Positions 9,018 to 15,845 of a stretch of DNA of 15,845 nt are shown piece after piece. Below the pieces are notes generated by a model. The model was given only the letters and a program-made list of their open reading frames with translations. It was not told the origin of the DNA and did not search any database. The stretch lies in NCBI GenBank assembly GCA_040222015.1, contig JAVJWO010000161.1, positions 1-15,845 on the forward strand. Reading direction: 5' to 3'. This DNA comes from Coleofasciculus chthonoplastes F2-STO-03. Its GTDB lineage: Bacteria > Cyanobacteriota > Cyanobacteriia > Cyanobacteriales > Coleofasciculaceae. Numbering within the stretch: the first letter of the stretch is position 1; each line of letters starts with the position of its first letter. The position numbers and the translations under genes were made by a program.

Positions 9018-9721
9018 TTAAACCGAATCACATTACATTATTTAGATTGATTTTAATTTGTCTAGCTTTTGCCTCTTGGTATCTTGTTAACCCTCAACAA
9101 TATCCATATATCGGCATTTTATTCTATATCGCATTTTTATTAGATGCTGTTGATGGGTGGTTGGCTAGAACAAAGGACTTAAAAACAGATTTCGGTAAGT
9201 ATTTTGATCCAATCGTAGACTATATAGCATTCCTAGCTTTATATATCATTAGCATTGAAATGGGAATTCTCCCTCTATGGTTTGTTTTTCTAGCTCTGAC
9301 GAGAGATTTTTTAGCAACATTTGCCAGACAAATATTAAACTTAAACAGTATTGTGATTGAATCTAATGTTATTGCTAAATTAAAAGCAGTATACATTGGC
9401 TATCCTTTAGTGGGGCTTTATTGGTATCAAATTTATGGATTTTCCAGCCAATGGTTGTTTATTTTTATTGGTTTGCACATCCTCATAGAAGGTCGAATCT
9501 TTGGATATTCTGATCCTTTAGAAAATCGTTGGAACTTGATCATATTGTGTTTAGCGACTATTGCAGTGGTTACATTAACTAGCTTAAGACCTGCAAGTGA
9601 TAGTTTTTCTGATATGACTATATTATTCATCCTGATCACTCAATCATTGATCTGGGTGTCTGGTATTAAATATTTATGGGATGCCAGAGAATATATCATC
9701 AAATCATTTGAAGCTAAATGA
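9014..9721 (+). CDS. CDP-alcohol phosphotransferase family membrane protein (PgsA-like)
   Basis: N-terminal PNHITLFR, full signature DAVDGWLAR-x7-GKYFDPIVD and several hydrophobic helices. The GTG start overlaps the upstream stop (GTGA). Confidence 0.9.
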   Translation: MIKPNHITLFRLILICLAFASWYLVNPQQYPYIGILFYIAFLLDAVDGWLARTKDLKTDFGKYFDPIVDYIAFLALYIISIEMGILPLWFVFLALTRDFLATFARQILNLNSIVIESNVIAKLKAVYIGYPLVGLYWYQIYGFSSQWLFIFIGLHILIEGRIFGYSDPLENRWNLIILCLATIAVVTLTSLRPASDSFSDMTILFILITQSLIWVSGIKYLWDAREYIIKSFEAK

Positions 9722-9831
9722 TCGAAATCAATCTGATTTAACCTCAAGAAAACCATGTTATAATAATCGCAGCTACACTGTGACCAAAATTAAGAAGCAA
9801 GTAATTAGAGTTAGGAAAAACAGAGGATATC

Positions 9832-10479
9832 ATGGACAACAATCAACAATCTCAATTTTTTGCTAAGTGGTCTAAAGGAGGAAGTACTCAGAGCAGTGAG
9901 GTTGAGAAAGAATATGATACTCTAGCTCAAGTGTATGAGGAGAAGGTCTTAAATTGGAATTATGCCTGCCATCAAATCGCGGCTGAATTAAGCGTCAAAT
10001 TTGTGGCGACTGAGGGGAAAATATTGGATCTCGGATGTGGGACAGGATTGGCTGGACAAGCCCTTCGGGAACAAGGTTATCAAACCATAGTTGGAGTTGA
10101 TATTTCTCAAAAAGCTTTAGCCATTGCGAGGGATAAAGATATTTACACTGCTCTACATAAAGCCGATATACAGCAAGGATTGCCATTTGAAGATCACGAA
10201 TTTGCTGGAATCATTTGCACGGCTGTACTGACTTGTATGGAAACGCCAGATGTGTTGTATGAATTCTGCCGAGTCGTTAAACCGGGAGGGTATGTGTTAT
10301 TTACAAACCGAGAGGATATCCACTATCAAAAAAAATTCGATGTTACCTTGCAAAAGATGGAGTCAGAAGGCATTTTAAAACCAGCCTATCTTTCGCCACC
10401 ACAACCCTATCTACCCAATCATGATGAGTATGCTGAGAAGATCAAAGTTCTTTATTGTGCCTATCAGTTGTGCATTTGA
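9832..10479 (+). CDS. Class I SAM-dependent methyltransferase
   Basis: Motifs ILDLGCGTG, VGVDIS, LPFEDHEF and RVVKPGG. GAGG RBS just upstream. Confidence 0.9.
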   Translation: MDNNQQSQFFAKWSKGGSTQSSEVEKEYDTLAQVYEEKVLNWNYACHQIAAELSVKFVATEGKILDLGCGTGLAGQALREQGYQTIVGVDISQKALAIARDKDIYTALHKADIQQGLPFEDHEFAGIICTAVLTCMETPDVLYEFCRVVKPGGYVLFTNREDIHYQKKFDVTLQKMESEGILKPAYLSPPQPYLPNHDEYAEKIKVLYCAYQLCI

Positions 10480-10552
10480 TGTCTCTGGGGGCTGTTGGCG
10501 AAACCGGCGCCAGCCCATAGTACCGGAGATTCTAAAAGGTCGTTAATTCACA

Positions 10553-10658
10553 TACAGCGTTTTCCATGCTGGTGAGGTACATTGAGAATAAGACTTTGGC
10601 GCTCACAGAGGCTAACCTCGTCTTGTTACTGTACCTCACTAGACCGAGAAATGCTGTA
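10553..10658. repeat. Palindromic small dispersed repeat (about 106 bp) between convergent genes
   Basis: Inverted arms TACAGCGTTTTC (10553-10564) / GAAATGCTGTA (10648-10658) and GTGAGGTACA (10572-10581) / TGTACCTCAC (10630-10639). Confidence 0.75.
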
Positions 10659-10677
10659 AACAAAAAGATGAAGGCTC

Positions 10678-11517
10678 TCAACTTTGTTTCTTGTAAGCAT
10701 AAACAAAGCTTGTTTGCCCAAATTTTTGGCGCAGACTTTCCCGGTGATCAAGATACTGAACAATGCTTCCATCCTTGTTCATATTTTGAACTCGCTCCAA
10801 TGCTTGTTCTAATTCCGCTTGTGTCGCCAAAGACCAAGTAGAATCACCATTCCGATAGGTTTGCTTGAGGGGACCTTCTGGGTCAAGATAATTGTCACCT
10901 TGCATCACAGCGTGAATTGGGACGACAATGCCTCCAAAGGAAAAGCCAGCTTGATCTAACCTCTCGGTAATGCATGTTATTGGTGGAAAACGTTTAGCTA
11001 TTCTCGATACCGCGTCTGGAATCAGATCTGCCCACCAAAATCCATCATAAACCTGTTGATGACTGCTAGTATTACACACAAACACACCTTGGGGACGCAG
11101 CACTCGATATGCTTGCTCAAACGCCTGATTCAGTTCAGGAAAATTTTCCCCAGCTGCGTTCTCCGAACCCAAGTGATGGAGAACTTGGTTACACATTATC
11201 CCATCAAAGGTGTCATTCTCATAGGGAAGATCGGTAAGACTGCCTTGAGCTAAGTGAATATTGGGGTGATTGTGGAACTTTTCTGTTGCTTGCGCCAGCA
11301 TTCCCCGATTGAATTCTAGACCCCACAGGCTATTGACTTTGCTCTTCAACGCCTGGATATAGTTTCCAGTACCACACCCACCATCTAAGATTACCTGTTC
11401 TAGCAAAGGACGAGGGTTAGTCGCAAAGCAACCCAATAAAATCTCAATCCCGATTGGAATACGAGTCGTGTCGTAGCTTTTGGATGTATTTTGATAGTTT
11501 TCATATTCCTTGATCAT
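10678..11517 (-). CDS. Class I SAM-dependent methyltransferase
   Basis: Motifs ILDGGCGTG, LPYENDTFD, NQVLHHL and RVLRPQG; 279 aa. Confidence 0.9.
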   Translation of the reverse strand: MIKEYENYQNTSKSYDTTRIPIGIEILLGCFATNPRPLLEQVILDGGCGTGNYIQALKSKVNSLWGLEFNRGMLAQATEKFHNHPNIHLAQGSLTDLPYENDTFDGIMCNQVLHHLGSENAAGENFPELNQAFEQAYRVLRPQGVFVCNTSSHQQVYDGFWWADLIPDAVSRIAKRFPPITCITERLDQAGFSFGGIVVPIHAVMQGDNYLDPEGPLKQTYRNGDSTWSLATQAELEQALERVQNMNKDGSIVQYLDHRESLRQKFGQTSFVYAYKKQS

Positions 11518-11598
11518 GTCTTTGCTTGCACCATTCTCGGTATTATAGAGATGTTATAGCCACAATACCGTTTAAATATATCGATTCATAAACCACGA

Positions 11599-12345
11599 AT
11601 GAAAGTAAAAACCGCCGTTATTCTTGCTGCTGGCATGGGTACTCGACTGAAGGAAATAGGGAAAGCCGCCCCTAAAGGATTTCTTCAGTTGGGAGATAGA
11701 CCTATTATTGAAGAATCGATAGAGCAACTGACCGACTGTGGTATTCAGCATATCATCATTGTAACTGGTCATTTATCGGAATTTTATCAGCGTTTGCAGC
11801 AACGTTGCCATGATCAGATGCTCACAATCGTTCATAATCCATACTATGCTGACTCAGGTAGCATGTATTCCCTTTATTGTGCCCGCGAGTTGATTGAGAG
11901 TGATTTTTTGCTGTTGGAATCAGATATAATTTACGAACGGCGTGCCTTATCGACAGTCTCCAATTTCCCTAAGGATAATGTCGTTTTACTATCTGGCACA
12001 ACGAACGCTGGCGACGAAGTCTATGTCGGAACTTCAGGTGATACCATTGTCACAATGTCTAAAAGCAAGGCGGAAATTGGGCAAAGAATTGCTGGTGAAT
12101 TGGTCGGTATTTCTAAAATATCTTATCCCTTGTTTGAAAGGATGTTAGGGTTAGCCAGCTTAAGATTTAAAGTTGACTTGATGATGGACTATGAAACTGA
12201 CGCGCTGATAGCAGCAGCAAAGTCCTATCCAGTTTACTATACTGTCATTAGCGATCTACTTTGGGCAGAAATTGATGATCAAAGTCATCTTGTCAGAGCG
12301 AAAAATCAAATATATCCAGCAATTATTCAGAAAGATTTTCAGTAA
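11599..12345 (+). CDS. Phosphocholine or phosphonate cytidylyltransferase (LicC/PntC-like)
   Basis: Motifs AVILAAGMGTRL, PKG, NPYYADSGSMYSL, LLLESDIIY, GELVGISK and WAEIDD. Confidence 0.85.
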   Translation: MKVKTAVILAAGMGTRLKEIGKAAPKGFLQLGDRPIIEESIEQLTDCGIQHIIIVTGHLSEFYQRLQQRCHDQMLTIVHNPYYADSGSMYSLYCARELIESDFLLLESDIIYERRALSTVSNFPKDNVVLLSGTTNAGDEVYVGTSGDTIVTMSKSKAEIGQRIAGELVGISKISYPLFERMLGLASLRFKVDLMMDYETDALIAAAKSYPVYYTVISDLLWAEIDDQSHLVRAKNQIYPAIIQKDFQ

Positions 12346-12520
12346 GTTCAATCACACTTGTTCCCCCATTTGGATAGTTGTTTTCAACTCACATCTTGCA
12401 CGCTTTTCCCAGTTGTGTAGCCAATAAACGTCAACGGTTAACTCATGGGCTTTATTCCATTCTTTCAACTTGCGAAAATCCGTCATAACTCCAATTCTTT
12501 TTTCCTCATCAATTGGCTAA

Positions 12521-12577
12521 ATTGTTCATCATTCATAGCCACAAAAACCATGAACAATGAACAATAAACAATCAACC
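12521..12577. repeat. Heptamer repeats (ATGAACA-type, 4 copies) with an inverted copy; possible terminator or stabilising hairpin for the GH57 gene
   Basis: ATTGTTCAT (12521-12529) is the reverse complement of ATGAACAAT. The tandem atgaaca atgaaca ataaaca atcaacc (12550-12577) lies just past the GH57 stop. Confidence 0.55.
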
Positions 12578-12580
12578 CAT

Positions 12581-14827
12581 TTACGGCACCTGTAACCCCA
12601 CCAATTTATCCTCTGGAATATAACTATGGAACATCCCATTATCCGCAGAAACCATCACCAACTGTAGCAGATAATCCGGTTCCACCTGCAAATCTGCCCA
12701 GGGTACAGCCACTTCTAAACATTGCTTCAGCGCAACTTGGGCGCGACTGGTGCGGGGATGCCAGTGATAATAGTCTGCGGCTTCTTCTAACCAAGTCGAA
12801 CCAGTTAACAAATTAATTCCTAAGTGATGGTGAAACAAATAGTTGACCGGCGCAGTATCAGGAACCTCAGCTAAAGGGGCTGGACTATTGTTAACCGTTC
12901 GATTCGGATAAAACCATAATAAATGCAATTCCGGAGGAATATCCTGACCAATTTTAATCCCGGCTTGAAAATCCAATCGCAGGTAAAAATTCAGGTGATC
13001 CAACCCATACCATAACCGTTGAATCGCACTACTCCGGTGCATCGTTCCCCGTGCGCCACCGACATCAATTCGACCCGCTTTATCCCAATCTTGCTCATCG
13101 CCCAAGCCATCAATCACCGGATGAATAAAACTCAGGGGTCGGTGATCACCTTTCGATTCGTAGGTGTCTAGGGGTTGGGTAAGACTAGCCGGAATTGGTT
13201 CATTTAATGCCTCATAAATCCCAGTCAAATGTTCCCGGAATAACTGGTCAAAAATAGCATCTTGGTTGGATGAATGACCCTCACCAAACCACCAGAACCA
13301 ATCTGATCCTTCCGCTGCATACAAGGCTTCCCAGACTTCCGGATTATTTTCCGGTGTGGCTTCGGGATGATTAGCTAAGGTTTGCCGCGCTTGGGTGAGT
13401 AAATCCCATGCCCGATTTTTAACTGGATCACCAATCCAAGTGGTAAAGCTACCATCCACCCATGATCCACTATGGAGTCGATCTGCTGGAAGTGTGGCGG
13501 TGGGGGGAAACTGATCCAGAAATTCCGACACCGTGACCAATTTTATCTGAGGATGCGCCGAGAGTTTTTCATACAGTGAGGTGAGGAAAGGAATCCCGTC
13601 TTTTTGGTAGAATTCCCAGCAATTTTCCCCATCCAAGGCAATGGTTACCAACCACGGTTGATCTAATCCAGTCCCTCCCTCTGGCTGTCGGCGTTGGATG
13701 GAACGGGAAATCGCTTCTAAGTGACTGACAAAATCCGTTGACGCCTGCTTGGGTTCCATTGACCCGTAGGAAAAGCCAATTAAATCCGATAAGCGGTGAT
13801 CGCGAAACACAATAGCCAAGTTCCCCTGCGGTGTCTCTAAGCGGTAGGGGCGATACAGCAATGTGGGTTCCATCAGGGTTCCGGTTTCATCCCGGTGGAA
13901 AAAGTGCTGCACTGTCCACCCCAATACTGCTTCATCGGAACAAATCCACTTAAATCCCGCCTCAGCAATATAGGGTAAAATTTTCGGACTCACCGACTGT
14001 TCTGAGGGCCACAAGCCGCGTGGTGTCCGTCCAAATCGTTCTTCATACATCTGCCATGCTTTTTGCAGATGACGGGGAATATCTTCTTCCCACTGGAAAC
14101 GCTGTTGCGGTAATGTCATATCCGGAATCGCCACCCGCCCGGAATCCGTATTTGCCAGTAAGGGTAAAATCGGGTGAGTATAGGGCGTTGTTGTCACCTC
14201 CAACTGACCCGCCTCCTGCATCTGGCGATGTTGAGGAATAATCCGCTTGAGGATATCTCGTTGTTTAGAATAAATGCGTTGGCGATCGCTTAATGTAAAG
14301 TTTTGTCCTTTTTTCAACCAAGCGGCAATCTCTGGGTCATCCCAGAATATTGGGTCAATCCACGCCAAATTATGCCATGCCAGTAAATCGCTGAAATCCT
14401 GATGCGTCCAATGATCTGCACACCAAGTTTTCCCACGTTCTTGCCGCATCTCGTATAACTCAGCATATCGAGGATGAGGGTCAATCAGGGTACGGTGATT
14501 GGCATCAAAAAAATGCTCAACAATAAACTGTCGTTGATCCGGCTTGAGTTGGTCGGTTGGCGTCAGGGTCAACTCCAGATAGGGGTCAAAGGCTGTCCCC
14601 GCCATGTAATCTTCCAACTGCAAAATCAACGATGGTACCAAGTTGACCGTTTGGTGCAACTTCGGATAGCGCTCTAACAATAGCACTAAATCCAAATAAT
14701 CTTTCGTCCCATGCAGCCGCGCCCAAGGGAGGCGATACCGTCCATTTGAGCCGGACACGCTGTTGCGACTTTTATAGAGGGGTTGATGCTGATGCCAGAT
14801 AAAGGCGACGTATAATGGATGACTCAT
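12581..14827 (-). CDS. Glycoside hydrolase family 57 (amylopullulanase/alpha-amylase type)
   Basis: GH57 conserved regions WHQHQP, EVTTTPYTHPILPL, WPSE (nucleophile), LDGENCWE (acid/base) and AEGSDWFWW. Confidence 0.92.
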   Translation of the reverse strand: MSHPLYVAFIWHQHQPLYKSRNSVSGSNGRYRLPWARLHGTKDYLDLVLLLERYPKLHQTVNLVPSLILQLEDYMAGTAFDPYLELTLTPTDQLKPDQRQFIVEHFFDANHRTLIDPHPRYAELYEMRQERGKTWCADHWTHQDFSDLLAWHNLAWIDPIFWDDPEIAAWLKKGQNFTLSDRQRIYSKQRDILKRIIPQHRQMQEAGQLEVTTTPYTHPILPLLANTDSGRVAIPDMTLPQQRFQWEEDIPRHLQKAWQMYEERFGRTPRGLWPSEQSVSPKILPYIAEAGFKWICSDEAVLGWTVQHFFHRDETGTLMEPTLLYRPYRLETPQGNLAIVFRDHRLSDLIGFSYGSMEPKQASTDFVSHLEAISRSIQRRQPEGGTGLDQPWLVTIALDGENCWEFYQKDGIPFLTSLYEKLSAHPQIKLVTVSEFLDQFPPTATLPADRLHSGSWVDGSFTTWIGDPVKNRAWDLLTQARQTLANHPEATPENNPEVWEALYAAEGSDWFWWFGEGHSSNQDAIFDQLFREHLTGIYEALNEPIPASLTQPLDTYESKGDHRPLSFIHPVIDGLGDEQDWDKAGRIDVGGARGTMHRSSAIQRLWYGLDHLNFYLRLDFQAGIKIGQDIPPELHLLWFYPNRTVNNSPAPLAEVPDTAPVNYLFHHHLGINLLTGSTWLEEAADYYHWHPRTSRAQVALKQCLEVAVPWADLQVEPDYLLQLVMVSADNGMFHSYIPEDKLVGLQVP

Positions 14828-14839
14828 CGTTAATAGTAA

Positions 14840-14909
14840 GCGTTAAGGGTCTAGAGTGTAGGTGTGAAGCAGGGAGTTCTTTCACTTTATAACGCTTAAC
14901 CCTTAACGC
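14840..14909. repeat. Inverted repeat in the GH57 upstream region
   Basis: GCGTTAAGGGT (14840-14850) and ACCCTTAACGC (14899-14909) form perfect 11-bp arms. Confidence 0.6.
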
Positions 14910-14913
14910 CAAA

Positions 14914-14958
14914 GTGACGTCCTCCTACACCGACCCTACGGGTACAGCGTGGGGATGA
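14914..14958. repeat. Short hairpin element resembling IS200/IS605-type end palindromes
   Basis: GTGACGTCCTCCTACACCG-ACCCTACGGGT-ACAGCGTGGGGATG: imperfect stem TCCTACAC/CGTGGGGA around an ACCC-TAC-GGGT tip. The family assignment is from memory only. Confidence 0.4.
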
Positions 14959-14988
14959 ATCGCTGAACAAGCTAAAAACGCAGAATAA

Positions 14989-15243
14989 CTATATTACTTG
15001 TTCAACTTCAACAATCTCCGGGATAAATTCCCGTAAGCGACGCTCAATCCCCATTTTCAGGGTCATGGCAGAACTGGGACAAGACCCACAAGCACCTTGT
15101 AGCCGCAGTTTCACAATCGGACCGTCGATTTCAACTAAATCAACGTTACCGCCATCCGCCATCAGGTAAGGACGCAATTCATCGAGGACGGCTTCGACGT
15201 TTTCCGAGGTTAATGCTAAGGGGGGAGATAGTGTTTGAGCCAT
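14989..15243 (-). CDS. nfuA: NifU C-terminal-domain Fe-S carrier protein (cyanobacterial Nfu)
   Basis: Motifs [28 protein letters not shown] (CxxC) and [10 protein letters not shown]. Confidence 0.93.
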   Translation of the reverse strand: MAQTLSPPLALTSENVEAVLDELRPYLMADGGNVDLVEIDGPIVKLRLQGACGSCPSSAMTLKMGIERRLREFIPEIVEVEQVI

Positions 15244-15343
15244 AATTCACCGAGTTTGACAGCACAACTAAGTCAATCCTAGCGTTCTTTGAGAATTATG
15301 AAGCGTTCTTTGAGCATTTTGAATGGTTGTCATCCTATAGAAC

Positions 15344-15367
15344 AAGGCAGAAGGCAGAAGGCAGAAG
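15344..15367 (+). repeat. Heptamer repeat AAGGCAG, 3 copies
   Basis: aaggcag aaggcag aaggcag aag. Confidence 0.7.
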
Positions 15368-15510
15368 AGTCCTTACTGGTACCTTCTCGTTTCAGCCATC
15401 AAGAACGTCCTCTCCTTTATGGCGACAGGTTTACCTTGGACTTGAATAAAACTTGGGGTATGAACCAATAATTTGTCGGACTTATCGGGATTGTCAGGAT
15501 TATCGGGGTT

Positions 15511-15570
15511 GTAGGGGCGAGTCGCTGCATATCGTAGGTGGTATGAGAATTAATCTATCTCGACTCGCCC
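15511..15570. repeat. GTAG-headed REP-like hairpin
   Basis: GTAGGGGCGAGTCG (15511-15524) pairs with CGACTCGCCC (15561-15570). It has the same GTAGGGGCGA head as the element at 2081. Confidence 0.75.
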
Positions 15571-15634
15571 TTTTCTAACGGTACGCGGTGTCCGATAATG
15601 ACTGATAAGCCGTCATGCCTTTAAATTGGGTATT

Positions 15635-15845
15635 AGTAGCGAGCAAGATGCTTAGTAGTGAGCAAGATGCTCAGTAGCGAGCAAGATGCTCAGTAGCGAG
15701 CAAGATGCTTAGTAGCGAGCAAGATGCTCAGTAGCGAGCAAGATGCTCAGTAGCGAGCAAGATGCTCAGTAGCGAGCAAGATGCTCAGTAGCGAGCAAGA
15801 TGCTCAGTAGCGAGCAAGATGCTCAGTAGCGAGCAAGATGCTCAG
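15635..15845 (+). repeat. 19-bp tandem array AGTAGCGAGCAAGATGCT(C/T), 11 full copies, truncated by the window end
   Basis: 211 bp = 11 x 19 + 2. Only 3 substitutions (units 1, 2 and 4). Each unit contains the palindrome GAGCA-AGA-TGCTC. Confidence 0.95.

Noticed and set aside
10566..10841. 91-aa plus-strand ORF, and the other short ORFs overlapping long genes
   Set aside because: They lie within repeats or are antisense or out of frame to well-supported genes, and show no recognisable motifs.
12581..14827. GH57 as part of the phosphonate cluster (phosphonoglycan processing)
   Set aside because: It is convergent to the cluster, has host-like composition and belongs to a family widespread in cyanobacteria; it most likely marks the right flank.
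15289..15471. 60-aa ORF upstream of nfuA
   Set aside because: It has a TTG start, crosses a heptamer repeat and has no recognisable domain.
15635..15845. CRISPR array
   Set aside because: The units are contiguous 19-mers with no unique spacers, and there are no cas genes in the window.

Overview
Genomic DNA from a filamentous cyanobacterium, judged from 11 HIP1 octamers (GCGATCGC), heptamer and nonamer tandem repeats and GTAG-headed REP-like hairpins. Typical cyanobacterial genes flank the window: a DUF3352-type membrane-anchored protein and a TrpF-family gene on the left, and a GH57 glycoside hydrolase and nfuA on the right. Between them lies a self-contained ~9 kb phosphonate biosynthesis cluster (3327-12345). 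It encodes a PEP mutase fused to a nucleotidyltransferase, phosphonopyruvate decarboxylase and 2-aminoethylphosphonate transaminase. These are followed by an AT-rich cassette (HAD hydrolase, glycerol-1-phosphate-dehydrogenase-like enzyme, CDP-alcohol phosphotransferase), two SAM methyltransferases and a LicC/PntC-like cytidylyltransferase. The gene set points to a phosphonolipid or small phosphono-ester with a possibly N-methylated AEP head group; the product is inferred, not shown. Intergenic regions carry several nested palindromic or MITE-like repeats, and a 19-bp REP-derived tandem array runs off the right end. All family assignments come from motif recognition by eye; no searches were run.
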